In this document: positions 8,338 through 16,682 of the stretch, one piece after another
Position numbering within the stretch: the first letter of the stretch is position 1
Layout of the letters: each line of letters opens with the position of its first letter
Assembly (NCBI GenBank): GCA_001004105.1
Contig: LCQK01000001.1
Coordinates: 166,928-230,927, forward strand
Source: Candidatus Jorgensenbacteria bacterium GW2011_GWB1_50_10
GTDB lineage: Bacteria; Patescibacteriota; Minisyncoccia; UBA6257; GWB1-50-10
DNA: 64,000 nucleotides
Reading direction: 5' to 3'
Notes under the pieces: model-generated
Databases searched by the model: none
The model's input: the letters and a program-made list of their open reading frames with translations, nothing else
Told to the model about the DNA's origin: nothing
Translations under genes and position numbers: made by a program

Positions 8338-9579
8338 ATGAACTTTCGAGACACTTTTCAAACTTCCGTTCGGGGACTCAAAACCCATAAATCGCGCTCG
8401 TTCCTTACGATTTTGGGGATAGTGATCGGCATCACGGCTATTATCATGGTGATGTCTTTGGGGGCCGGGGCGGAAAGTTTGATTTTAGGGCAGATTCAGT
8501 CCATTGGAAGCAAAACCATCGCCGTTATCCCGGGCCGCGAACCGAAAGGCCCGACCGATTTCATCTCCACCTTTACAGATTCACTGAAGCAGAGAGATTT
8601 GGACGCCTTAAGCAACAAGGCGAATGTGCCCCATCTAGCGAAGCTCATGCCCGTTCTTTTCGGCGGCGAGACGGCTTATTACGGCAGCGAGACCTACCGG
8701 CCGAACGTTTTCGGCGTCACCGACTTATTTGCGGAAATTTACAACATTTACCCGAGCGAGGGTCGGCTTTTTGGCGCTGAGGAGATTAAAAGCTACGCCG
8801 ACGTGGCGATAATCGGCTCGGAAGTGAAGAAAGAACTTTTCGGCGAATGGGAAAACGCTTTAGGCAAACGGATAAAAATCAAGGGTCGCAATTTCCAGGT
8901 TATCGGTATTTTGGGGAAAACCGGCCAGTTTTCGTTTCTGAACTTTGACCAGGGCGTGATAGTTCCTTACACCACTGCCGGGCAGTACATTTTCGGCATT
9001 AAATATTTCCACCGGCTGGTGGTGGAAGCCGACAGCGAAGTGAATGTTCCCGTCACGGTGGAGGACATCAAAATCACTCTCCGTAATTCCCACAATATCA
9101 CCGATCCGGAGAAAGACGACTTTTTTGTCCAGACCCAGGCGGACGCGATTAAAACCGTAGGCACGATCACCACGGCGCTCACCGCGTTTCTTACGGCCAT
9201 GGCGGCAATATCGCTCCTCGTCGGCGGCGTCGGCATCATGAATATTATGCTTGTGTCGGTTACGGAGCGGACGCGGGAGATCGGCTTGCGTAAAGCGCTC
9301 GGCGCGACCGAGAGCGATATCTTGCGCCAGTTTCTTTTTGAGGCGGTGATTTTGACCGGCATCGGCGGCGTTATCGGAATTATTTTGGGGTTTTTATTGT
9401 CGTTCGGCGTTTCTTTGGTTTTGAGCCGGGCGGTGCTCTCGGGGTGGGAATTCTCTTTCTCCATTCCGGCCGCGATTTTGGGACTCACGGTTTCCGCCTT
9501 CATTGGCTTCGTCTTTGGCATTTATCCCGCGAGAGAGGCGGGTAAGAAAGACCCGATTGAGGCGCTAAGATATGAATAA
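8338..9579 (+). CDS. ABC transporter permease, MacB/FtsX family
   Basis: 413 aa; N-terminal TM, large periplasmic domain, C-terminal FtsX-like 3-TM bundle (ERTREIGLRKALGAT). Confidence 0.8.
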   Translation: MNFRDTFQTSVRGLKTHKSRSFLTILGIVIGITAIIMVMSLGAGAESLILGQIQSIGSKTIAVIPGREPKGPTDFISTFTDSLKQRDLDALSNKANVPHLAKLMPVLFGGETAYYGSETYRPNVFGVTDLFAEIYNIYPSEGRLFGAEEIKSYADVAIIGSEVKKELFGEWENALGKRIKIKGRNFQVIGILGKTGQFSFLNFDQGVIVPYTTAGQYIFGIKYFHRLVVEADSEVNVPVTVEDIKITLRNSHNITDPEKDDFFVQTQADAIKTVGTITTALTAFLTAMAAISLLVGGVGIMNIMLVSVTERTREIGLRKALGATESDILRQFLFEAVILTGIGGVIGIILGFLLSFGVSLVLSRAVLSGWEFSFSIPAAILGLTVSAFIGFVFGIYPAREAGKKDPIEALRYE

Positions 9580-9646
9580 CCTTTTTGCGGCGTTTTGCTA
9601 TAATACATTTAGGTAGACAAAAGGTCGGTTTCCAAATCAAAAATAA

Positions 9647-9868
9647 ATGAAAGCTTTACACAAAGTTGCTTTCGTCCTGCTCGTCATCGGCGGTTTGAAC
9701 TGGCTCTTGACCGCTTTCGGCTGGAACGTGGTGGCTTACTTGGGCGACACGCTCGCAACGGTTGTTTACGTTTTGGTCGGCCTCTCGGCGATTTACTTAG
9801 TTGCCACGCACGGCAAGGATTGCAGGTGGTGTATGAAAGGAGGGATGGGCGGCGGCATGGGCACGTAG
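9647..9868 (+). CDS. DUF378 family small membrane protein
   Basis: 73 aa; MKALHKVAFVLLVIGGLNWLL...two TM helices typical of DUF378. Confidence 0.65.
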   Translation: MKALHKVAFVLLVIGGLNWLLTAFGWNVVAYLGDTLATVVYVLVGLSAIYLVATHGKDCRWCMKGGMGGGMGT

Positions 9869-9893
9869 GTTTGATTGATTTGTTGAACTTACG

Positions 9894-10208
9894 GTGACGA
9901 TGACGGTTGTGCCGGAACTTCCGGTTTCGCTCATGGGTTTAGGCAAGTGTGAGCACTGCGACGGCATCGTTTCTCTGGACCTTGAGCTTCAGAGAAAACC
10001 AGGTGCGGAATCTCTCTCGTGTCCCCACTGCCACCGCGAGATTTCTTTTGCGAAAACCTTCGGTTTCAAGCCGAATCCGTCAAGTTTCAAAAAGGTGAGC
10101 TGGGTTGGCTCGGACGGCAACCGGACCGACGTTAAGCCAGAGGATGATTTCAATCTCGGCCCGTTCCGGGTGCTCGTCGGAGCCAAGCTCGTCGTGAGCG
10201 CAAGCTGA
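9894..10208 (+). CDS. Hypothetical zinc-ribbon protein
   Basis: 104 aa; CEHC..x20..CPHC motif; no recognisable family. Confidence 0.4.
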   Translation: MTMTVVPELPVSLMGLGKCEHCDGIVSLDLELQRKPGAESLSCPHCHREISFAKTFGFKPNPSSFKKVSWVGSDGNRTDVKPEDDFNLGPFRVLVGAKLVVSAS

Positions 10209-10338
10209 AGAGGTTTACGAGAAGCCAGAAAGGCGCCGCTCCGTGAATTTACGGACCGCGGCGCTTTCGTTCTAATCTTCTTAAATAATCTATTAAAGCA
10301 AAAAGCTGGTTCCTGTTTCAATTTCATTTATTAATAGT

Positions 10339-10384
10339 CTCTTCTATTCACTTTCTCCCATATGGGAGAAAGTGAATAGAAGAG
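10339..10384. repeat. Perfect 46-nt palindrome CTCTTCTATTCACTTTCTCCCATATGGGAGAAAGTGAATAGAAGAG
   Basis: Reverse complement identical; 150 bp upstream of the GC-rich orphan gene 10538..10921. Confidence 0.85.
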
Positions 10385-10446
10385 AATCAAACTCAATTTA
10401 AAAATTGAGAGAATGAAAATCTGACTTTAACAATCCACACCCCTTA

Positions 10447-10474
10447 TTGACTATTTTCTTTTAATATCTACAAT
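10447..10474 (+). promoter_or_regulatory. Sigma70-like promoter (TTGACT-16-TACAAT) for the orphan gene 10538..10921
   Basis: -35 TTGACT 10447..10452, -10 TACAAT 10469..10474. Confidence 0.4.
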
Positions 10475-10537
10475 CTGTTCTTAGTCCCTAGTGATCTATC
10501 CTCAATCCATCCAACTTAAGCGGAGAGGAGAAAAACC

Positions 10538-10921
10538 ATGCGGGTACAGGTTGCTCCATCCCAGGCCCAGATTTTTCAGAAGATGATGGCGGGGGCGAAA
10601 AAACCCATCACCGACGGGGCGCTCGTCCGAGTTGACCTACTGCACCTCGTGACACGGAGGGTCAGCCGCCGGACGAGAGAGGCGTATTTCAACGCCAGGG
10701 GGCGAGTTCGGCCGAGGTGCTTCTTCGTCCAGGGGAACGGTGCGCCCATTTCGGAGAGAATCCGGTTTGAGGGCATTGTTCTTCGGGGGAGAGGCGAGTT
10801 CGCGGCTCACGACGTCTTCAACGTGATGGTGGACGCGCGCGACCCGGCGGTCACGGTCATCCGGCCGTGGAAGGACGATGAGCATCCGGAGGAAAACACC
10901 GACGTGAAGCCCGCGCACTGA
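10538..10921 (+). CDS. Hypothetical GC-rich orphan protein (127 aa); shares C-terminal motif VTV(I/Y)RP(W/M)K with the 56507 protein
   Basis: GGAGAGGAG RBS then ATG; about 60% GC vs AT-rich flanks; own promoter and terminator; flanked by CCCATATGGG palindromes. Confidence 0.5.
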   Translation: MRVQVAPSQAQIFQKMMAGAKKPITDGALVRVDLLHLVTRRVSRRTREAYFNARGRVRPRCFFVQGNGAPISERIRFEGIVLRGRGEFAAHDVFNVMVDARDPAVTVIRPWKDDEHPEENTDVKPAH

Positions 10922-10956
10922 AGAGCACAACTAAGGGATGGAGTAACAAGAACGAG

Positions 10957-10994
10957 GGGCAGTCGTCCGCCGGATGACTGCCCTTTTGATTTTT
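10957..10994 (+). terminator. Rho-independent terminator
   Basis: GGGCAGTC gtccgccggat GACTGCCC followed by TTTTGATTTTT. Confidence 0.6.
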
Positions 10995-11037
10995 CTAATT
11001 TTTATAAATTATTAATTATTAAGTTGCGATTGTCTTT

Positions 11038-11069
11038 ATTCACTTTATCCCATATGGGATAAAGTGAAT
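11038..11069. repeat. Perfect 32-nt palindrome ATTCACTTTATCCCATATGGGATAAAGTGAAT
   Basis: Reverse complement identical; downstream flank of the orphan gene. Confidence 0.85.
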
Positions 11070-11084
11070 GCTTAGTGAGTATGT

Positions 11085-11123
11085 GAAAACAAAACGGCCG
11101 CGATTCCTGGTGAATCGGGCCGT
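11085..11123. terminator. Imperfect hairpin flanked by A-run and T-run (bidirectional terminator between convergent genes)
   Basis: AAAACGGCCGCGATTCC tggtg AATCGGGCCGTTTTCAG. Confidence 0.4.
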
Positions 11124-11125
11124 TT

Positions 11126-11512
11126 TCAGTTCAAGCTGGTAGGAAGGGCGATAGCGAAGTTTGTTGCGAGTCGAATGCGCTTACGCTTCATGTTAGCCAT
11201 TTCCCACGCGAGATGCGAGATGAGGCAAACAGAGGCGAGTTCGGTTTCGGTGAGGTCGTCCTGTTCCTTGAGGATGTTGCAGCCGTGGATGGCTTCTTCG
11301 GCATCGTGGCGAAGAATTTTCCAGAGCGGAAAATCTTCACCGGTTCTCCGGAACGCCTCGACGAGATTTTTGAACGTTTTGATTCTCATCATGGCGTAGA
11401 GGAAAGCGCCCATCTCGAGTGAACACTCCGCTTCATCGGCTTCTTCGTAGCGCCGCTTGCAGTAGTCAAGCGCTTGCCCGAAAGCCGCATCGGAAATTTC
11501 TTTAATCAGCAT
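11126..11512 (-). CDS. Hypothetical protein (128 aa)
   Basis: Clean ORF, no recognisable motif. Confidence 0.45.
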   Translation of the reverse strand: MLIKEISDAAFGQALDYCKRRYEEADEAECSLEMGAFLYAMMRIKTFKNLVEAFRRTGEDFPLWKILRHDAEEAIHGCNILKEQDDLTETELASVCLISHLAWEMANMKRKRIRLATNFAIALPTSLN

Positions 11513-11582
11513 GGATGCTGCCGCCTTTCTTCGGGTTTGGTTGTTTCGGTACCGCTTTCATGAAAGCACAAAGCCTGTGGAT

Positions 11583-11609
11583 TTGTAAAATTTAACGATG
11601 TGCTATAAT
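11583..11609 (+). promoter_or_regulatory. Sigma70-like promoter with extended -10 (TTGTAA ... TGcTATAAT)
   Basis: -35 TTGTAA 11583..11588; TGC then TATAAT 11604..11609; spacer 15-16. Confidence 0.35.
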
Positions 11610-11680
11610 TCAAGGCACAACCTGAAAATAAACAATCCATCCCAAATCTTGTGAGGAGAGAAGGGGTGGAGGGTTGTTCG

Positions 11681-11721
11681 AGAAAGGCCTCTTTTTGAAG
11701 GAGAGGCCTTTCTGTTTTTTG
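11681..11721 (+). terminator. Strong rho-independent terminator about 70 nt downstream of the promoter (bounds a ~105-nt transcript / leader)
   Basis: Perfect 12-bp stem AGAAAGGCCTCT / AGAGGCCTTTCT then GTTTTTTGAG. Confidence 0.6.
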
Positions 11722-11788
11722 AGTGCTTGATAAAATTTTTTTGGAGGAGCGGCAGGAAAAGAAGAAGTCGGTTTCTTTGGAGAAAGCG

Positions 11789-11848
11789 ATGATGGCAATC
11801 GTTTTTGTCGTTCTCGCCGGCGTTTTCGCGCTGATTATTCTCTCATGA
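11789..11848 (+). CDS. Candidate 19-aa hydrophobic leader peptide ([19 protein letters not shown]) translationally coupled to msrB
   Basis: GGAGAAAG SD 6 nt upstream of ATG; stop TGA overlaps ATG of the downstream ORF as ATGA. Confidence 0.3.
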   Translation: MMAIVFVVLAGVFALIILS

Positions 11849-12306
11849 AGCCGGCAAACCGGAGAACGGGCCCCGCAAACCAGAAGGAAAACGGGCCCTT
11901 TTTCTATAATGAAGAGATGGACAAAGAAAAATTACCACCAGAACTCTATCGCGTGGCATATGAGAAAGGCACCGAGGTGCCTTTCACCGGCAAATATGTT
12001 CATGAAAAAGCCGAGGGTATGTACAGGTGCGCCGTCTGCGGCAGCGAACTTTTTTCGTCGGAGGCGAAATTTGATTCCGGCACCGGCTGGCCGAGTTTCA
12101 CCGAGCCGGCCAATTTGAACAATATTGAACTAAAGGAAGATTTAAGCGGAGGCATGCGGCGCACCGAGGTTTTGTGCAGAAAGTGCGGGGCGCACTTGGG
12201 CCATGTTTTTGACGATGGGCCGCGGGACGGGCGCCTGCCTGCCGGCAGGCAGGGCAAGCGTTATTGCATCAACTCCGTTTGTTTGGACCTGGAAAAGAAA
12301 GAGTAG
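11845..12306 (+). CDS. msrB: Peptide-methionine (R)-S-oxide reductase MsrB carrying an in-frame LPAGRQ insertion
   Basis: CxxC...[23 protein letters not shown] MsrB motifs; ATG at 11917 is an alternative start; 6-aa insertion between DG and GKRYCINS encoded by the palindrome. Confidence 0.85.
   Translation: MKPANRRTGPANQKENGPFFYNEEMDKEKLPPELYRVAYEKGTEVPFTGKYVHEKAEGMYRCAVCGSELFSSEAKFDSGTGWPSFTEPANLNNIELKEDLSGGMRRTEVLCRKCGAHLGHVFDDGPRDGRLPAGRQGKRYCINSVCLDLEKKE
12234..12253. repeat. 20-nt perfect palindrome CCTGCCTGCCGGCAGGCAGG, in-frame inside msrB (encodes LPAGRQ)
   Basis: Direct read; reverse complement identical; no stop codon in any frame. Confidence 0.9.
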
Positions 12307-12322
12307 TGTGATAAAAACAAAT

Positions 12323-12370
12323 CCCGCCAGTCCATGGACTGGCGGGGCCGCCAGTCCATGGACTGGCGGG
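12323..12370. terminator. Two tandem 24-nt palindromic hairpins (CCGCCAGTCCATGGACTGGCGG twice) between convergent genes
   Basis: Each unit is self-complementary with CCATGG centre; lies between the msrB stop and the minus-strand ORF stop. Confidence 0.45.
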
Positions 12371-12376
12371 ATGAGT

Positions 12377-12562
12377 TTAACGGAAGTTCCGTCTCGGAGG
12401 TCTTTCTTCGCGGTAACAATCACGGCACATCAAGTTGCTCATGCGGGCCGGATCCGGCTCGAAAGGGAGCTCGGTAATCGCTTTGCCGCACTTGGAGCAC
12501 TTCCAGTCACCCTGATACATCTTCCGCGGAGGAAAACCACCGTTATCCTGGTTAAAAGCCAT
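12377..12562 (-). CDS. Hypothetical small zinc-ribbon protein (61 aa)
   Basis: CSKCGK..x22..CRDC; clean ORF convergent with msrB. Confidence 0.4.
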   Translation of the reverse strand: MAFNQDNGGFPPRKMYQGDWKCSKCGKAITELPFEPDPARMSNLMCRDCYREERPPRRNFR

Positions 12563-12697
12563 TTTGCTTTTTAATTTGCGACCTTCGGACTTGAAGCAGA
12601 ATGGCTTTCGCCCTCTTACTTGATAATCCTTAATTTCCGAGTTTAGGGCAGGGAATTTGTTTTGTCAAATGGGCTGTGGTATAGTGTTTTCAACCCA

Positions 12698-13099
12698 ATG
12701 AAATCCTTTTTAGCAGTTTTGACTTTCGCGAGCTTGGTCCTTATCGCCGTTTTCGGGTTTGCGGCGATGAGCCACGGCGCGGGTCACTGCATTGCCTCAG
12801 CGGTGCAGGGCGCCGTCTGTCCCAATAATGACTTGTTCGGATTCGCTTCCTTCCATATCGGTTTTTTTAAGAATTTCGGCAACGCGGCTTTTAAGTCCTT
12901 ATTGGCGGGAATAACTCTTCTTGCCCTCGCTCTACTTACGCTACTCCTGAAGTCGCCCGAATTTTCCGGTCTCGGCTTACGAGAGGCGACTTTCCAGAGA
13001 ACCGGCGGCAGTGAATTTGTCACCTCTTCCATCAAAAACAATCGGCGCTGGCTTTCTCTTTTGGAGACGAGTCCCACTTTGTCTTTGGCGTTAAGATAG
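12698..13099 (+). CDS. Hypothetical membrane/secreted protein
   Basis: ATG at 12698 (MKSFLAVLTF...); the track start at 12662 is a TTG; hydrophobic N-terminus and a second TM. Confidence 0.4.
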   Translation: MKSFLAVLTFASLVLIAVFGFAAMSHGAGHCIASAVQGAVCPNNDLFGFASFHIGFFKNFGNAAFKSLLAGITLLALALLTLLLKSPEFSGLGLREATFQRTGGSEFVTSSIKNNRRWLSLLETSPTLSLALR

Positions 13100-13161
13100 A
13101 ACCGTAATCGGAACGGTCGAATCTTAGCGCGCTCTTATTCCGAATCCCCGGGATTTTTAGT

Positions 13162-13680
13162 TTGACAATCGCAAAAAACATGAACACAAAAATAAAAACA
13201 ACAATAATTATCAGTTTGCTCGTGGTAGCGAGCATTGGTTTGATCCTTGTTACCAAACCGGCGCCTGCGGGCAGTGATAATTTTCAGGCATCATTAAATT
13301 CCGCTCTTCAGACGGACGAACCGTCTTTTGATTTTGGGACCATTTCCATGGCTGGAGGTAACGTGAGCCGCGAATTTTCTTTCGTGAATTCCGGCGGCGA
13401 AACGCTAACCATAAACCAAATCTACACTTCCTGTATGTGTACGACGGCCGTTCTGGATTTGGCCGGCAGGAAGTTTGGGCCGTTCGGCATGCCCGGCCAC
13501 GGTTTTTCCACCCCGATTAAAGCCGAAGTTGCCCCGAGCGGCGCGGGAAAAATTAACGTGGTTTTCGACCCGGCCGCCCACGGACCGGCTGGAGTCGGCC
13601 TCATTGAAAGATTTGTCTATGTTCAAACCGGGGACGGAGCAGTTCTTCGCTTCCGAATAACGGCGTTGGTCACTCCATAA
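13162..13680 (+). CDS. DUF1573 domain protein (membrane-anchored)
   Basis: FDFGTI..G..VSREFSFVNSGGETLTIN..YTSCMCT pattern typical of DUF1573. Confidence 0.6.
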   Translation: MTIAKNMNTKIKTTIIISLLVVASIGLILVTKPAPAGSDNFQASLNSALQTDEPSFDFGTISMAGGNVSREFSFVNSGGETLTINQIYTSCMCTTAVLDLAGRKFGPFGMPGHGFSTPIKAEVAPSGAGKINVVFDPAAHGPAGVGLIERFVYVQTGDGAVLRFRITALVTP

Positions 13681-13700
13681 AATGAAGAGGATTTATTTGA

Positions 13701-14396
13701 TTGTTCTTGCGGCAGTACTGGTTCTTGGGTTTTTCCTTTTCTTCCGGTTTACAGGAGCAGGCCAGGATCTTCTTTGGTCCGTATCCAGTGGCGGGAAACT
13801 CCTTCTACCGCTGCGCCTTTCTCGTCGGTTTGGGTGGGAAAACCGGCCAGATCCTAAAAATCGGCGGCACTTACATCTTAGGGCTTTTCGTGGTCTATGT
13901 CCTGATTGGTCTTGGGATATTGAACGCGCTTCATTTTTTCAACACGCCGCATTTCATGGCGAAGGTCGGAGCGTTTATTCTTATCGGCTGGGGCATCTTG
14001 GAGATTGTCGGTGAATTTTTCCCAAGATTTCCGATTAAGCTCAAAATTCCGGATGCGGCCCATCACAAAATGGCCGAACTCATGGCCAAGGCCTCTTTAC
14101 CGGCGGCTTTTGCACTTGGCGGCTTGGTGGGTTTGTGCGAATTCCCTTGCACCGGCGGGCCGTACCTCATGGTGCTGGGCCTTCTTCACGATGCGGGCAC
14201 CTATCTTCGGGGTTTCGGCTATCTCATCTTCTACAACGTCATTTTCGTCCTGCCGCTTGTGATAATTCTTCTTATTGCAAGCCACGAAGGACTACTCACG
14301 AAGGTGCGGGACTGGCAGAGAAAAGAGAGACGGCTGATGAGATTGGGAACCGGAGCGGCTATGATTGTATTAGGGTTATTAATTTTTGTATTGTAA
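13701..14396 (+). CDS. CcdA/DsbD_2-like thiol-disulfide transporter membrane protein (start uncertain; possible frameshift with overlapping frame 13682)
   Basis: Second conserved motif GLCEFPCTGGPYL (cf. CcdA AGWTPCTGPIL), PYPxxxxxFY near TM1; multi-TM; upstream frame 13682 has an operon-coupled ATG and a TM N-terminus. Confidence 0.6.
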   Translation: MFLRQYWFLGFSFSSGLQEQARIFFGPYPVAGNSFYRCAFLVGLGGKTGQILKIGGTYILGLFVVYVLIGLGILNALHFFNTPHFMAKVGAFILIGWGILEIVGEFFPRFPIKLKIPDAAHHKMAELMAKASLPAAFALGGLVGLCEFPCTGGPYLMVLGLLHDAGTYLRGFGYLIFYNVIFVLPLVIILLIASHEGLLTKVRDWQRKERRLMRLGTGAAMIVLGLLIFVL

Positions 14397-14400
14397 ATTT

Positions 14401-14871
14401 ATGGCTTTAGTCATCACAACAGGTTCAATTCTCGTTATCACTGGCTTGGCTTGGCTATTGAATAAGGTTTTACCCTTCAAGGTTTGCCCCATTTGCGCCG
14501 GCGTCTCCGGTACCTGGTTTTTATTGTTAATCGGAATCCTATCGGGTGTGCTCCTAGTTACTAGTTACCAATTACTGGTTTCTATCCTTATGGGCGGCAC
14601 CGTGGTCGGCATTGCCTACCAAGGCGAGAAAAGCATGGGTGTCGCGCCGGAGAATTTCTTAAAATTCAGAACAGCGACCATTGTTCCTGGTTTTATTCTG
14701 GTTTATTTTGCCGTAAACAACATCAGTTGGCTTACTTTGGTTGTTGAGGCGGTAGCATTGGCGGCGGTTACATATCTCTACTTTGTATTGCCGTTCTCTA
14801 AAAGTATTTCATCTCCGCGGGATAATCAAAAAATTGCTGAACTTGAAGAAAAAATGAAAAATTGTTGCTAA
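14401..14871 (+). CDS. Integral membrane protein with CPIC motif (possible thiol-disulfide oxidoreductase partner)
   Basis: ATG 14401 (MALVITTG...); 4 TM; CxxC in TM1; C-terminal NCC. Confidence 0.45.
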   Translation: MALVITTGSILVITGLAWLLNKVLPFKVCPICAGVSGTWFLLLIGILSGVLLVTSYQLLVSILMGGTVVGIAYQGEKSMGVAPENFLKFRTATIVPGFILVYFAVNNISWLTLVVEAVALAAVTYLYFVLPFSKSISSPRDNQKIAELEEKMKNCC

Positions 14872-14873
14872 CC

Positions 14874-15239
14874 ATGAGGAAATATTCGTTATTTATCATC
14901 ATCTTAATTATTGTTGCCGCGGCTGTGGCGGTTCTGATTATCAATCCTGGTAAGAAGGCGTCGGCTGAGCTCAATAATTTTGCCGCTTGTCTTGCGGGTA
15001 AAAACATTACTATGTACGGCGCCGAATCCTGCTCCTGGTGCCAGAAGGAAAAAGCGAATTTCGGAAGCGCTTTTGAGCAAGTGCCTTACGTGGAGTGCCC
15101 GGACGAACCGCAGAAATGCATCGCGCTCGGCATTGAAGGAACGCCGACCTGGATTTTCCCCGACGGTAGAAAGTTAGTTGGTTATCAAGGTCTCCAAAAA
15201 CTGTCGGAAGCGAGCGGCTGCTCATTGCCGCAGAATTAA
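14874..15239 (+). CDS. Membrane-anchored thioredoxin/glutaredoxin-fold protein (CSWC active site)
   Basis: N-terminal TM then MYGAESCSWCQKEK...GTPTWIF; ATG 14874 (track ORF starts on TTG). Confidence 0.7.
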   Translation: MRKYSLFIIILIIVAAAVAVLIINPGKKASAELNNFAACLAGKNITMYGAESCSWCQKEKANFGSAFEQVPYVECPDEPQKCIALGIEGTPTWIFPDGRKLVGYQGLQKLSEASGCSLPQN

Positions 15240-15240
15240 A

Positions 15241-16089
15241 ATGCAGAAATTAACTTTACCGCTTAGCATCATTTTCTCGGTGCTCATTGTGCTGGGCGCC
15301 GTCGCTTACCGGAGCGGGTTGGAGGCGCCGCTTACGGGGAGTTTCCTCTCGGCTGCCGGAGATGAGAGCAACGTTTTCTGGCCGGAGTGGGGGAATTTGG
15401 GAAAAAAGTTGGTTGATTCCGGCGCCATTGACCCGAATAAGTTTGAATCGGTCTATGCCAGCCGGGGCGGCTTGAGCGAAGGTGAGAAGAAACTGCTCTA
15501 CGGCGACAATAACGGCAAGCTGGTTGTAAACGGAGAAAACGCCGGATTTGTCCTAAACTTACTCTGGGCTTTTGGTCTTGCCAACAAAAATCCGATTCTT
15601 GAAGAAGGCCCGATGATGGACACTCGTTATGGCGGCGCCGGAAATTTTGCCTCAACCGGTGGCTGGACTTTGGCTAAGGGTGATGCAATGGAGTATTACT
15701 CGAAAATTCTTCTTGTTGTTCTTACGCCAAAACAACAGGCGTTAGTAGAGGAAGTTTCAAAGAATATCTATCGACCCTGCTGCAATAATTCCACTTATTT
15801 CCCGGATTGCAATCACGGCATGGCGATGCTCGGATTTTTGGAACTTTTGGCCGCCCAAGGCGCAAGCGAAGAAGAAATGTACCGCGCGGCGTTTCAAGCG
15901 AATTCACTATGGTTCCCCGACACTTACGCGACCATCGCCGAATATCTGAAATCAAAAGGTATTGCTTGGGAGAACGTAAGTCCAAAAGAAATTTTAGGGC
16001 CGGCTTTTTCCAGTTATTCGGGCTTCAGCCGGATTCTCGCCGAATTTACGCCGCCCGAAGGCACGGGAGGTGCAAGCTGCGGAGTTTAG
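15241..16089 (+). CDS. Hypothetical exported Cys-rich protein (CCNNSTYFPDCNHGM motif)
   Basis: ATG 15241 MQKLTLPLSIIFSVLIVLGAVA signal anchor; conserved cysteine cluster. Confidence 0.5.
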   Translation: MQKLTLPLSIIFSVLIVLGAVAYRSGLEAPLTGSFLSAAGDESNVFWPEWGNLGKKLVDSGAIDPNKFESVYASRGGLSEGEKKLLYGDNNGKLVVNGENAGFVLNLLWAFGLANKNPILEEGPMMDTRYGGAGNFASTGGWTLAKGDAMEYYSKILLVVLTPKQQALVEEVSKNIYRPCCNNSTYFPDCNHGMAMLGFLELLAAQGASEEEMYRAAFQANSLWFPDTYATIAEYLKSKGIAWENVSPKEILGPAFSSYSGFSRILAEFTPPEGTGGASCGV

Positions 16090-16147
16090 TATCGACAGGA
16101 TGGTTATAATTAAAGGGAAAGGCCGAAAAACTAATAATTAATTAAGA

Positions 16148-16348
16148 ATGACTCAAAATCTTGGTAAGTTGGACAGAATTTTGCGGTTTCTCTTGGCTTT
16201 TTGGTGGCTTGGTCCATGGGCACCACAGTATGAGGCGGCTGGGGTTAATCTTGTTATCGCCGTTATCGGCTGGATAGCCCTTATTGAAAGTTTTTGGGGC
16301 TGGTGCTGGCTCCATAAACTGTTTGGCATAGATAACAAGAATCAGTAA
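16148..16348 (+). CDS. DUF2892 (YgaP-like) small membrane protein
   Basis: LDRILRFLLAF...GWIALIESFWGWCWLHKLFGI resembles the DUF2892 GWCP.Y.L.GI motif. Confidence 0.55.
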   Translation: MTQNLGKLDRILRFLLAFWWLGPWAPQYEAAGVNLVIAVIGWIALIESFWGWCWLHKLFGIDNKNQ

Positions 16349-16396
16349 CTGAAAATAATCAAAAAGGTCGGTAGTTAATTAACACATACAAAAATT

Positions 16397-16672
16397 ATGG
16401 AATTGAACAAGCAAAAATTTTCCCTCGCGGCCGCCGGGACAATGGGAATTGTTTACGTTGTTTGCGCGGTTTTCGTGGCCTTGTGGCCGGACTTCGCTCT
16501 CCGGCTTTTCGGCTGGCTGGTTCATTTGGTGAACGTCGATAAATTCGTTGGCGACGTTGCCATAACTTTCGGCGGATTTGTAGTCGGACTTCTCCAAGCA
16601 GCCGTCTATACCTACATCGGTGCGTGGATTTTCGCCTCCCTGCACAACAAGTTTATGCAGTCAAGAGCATAG
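16397..16672 (+). CDS. Hypothetical small membrane protein
   Basis: 91 aa, two TM helices. Confidence 0.45.
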   Translation: MELNKQKFSLAAAGTMGIVYVVCAVFVALWPDFALRLFGWLVHLVNVDKFVGDVAITFGGFVVGLLQAAVYTYIGAWIFASLHNKFMQSRA

Positions 16673-16682
16673 AAAGTTTATC

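Noticed and set aside
12323-12370. Tandem 24-nt palindromes considered as a mini CRISPR-like array
   Set aside because: There are only two adjacent identical self-complementary units and no spacers. They are better explained as a double hairpin terminator between convergent genes.
12142-12423. 93-aa minus ORF containing VHGLAAPPVHGLAG
   Set aside because: It is generated by translating the tandem palindromes and is not a gene.
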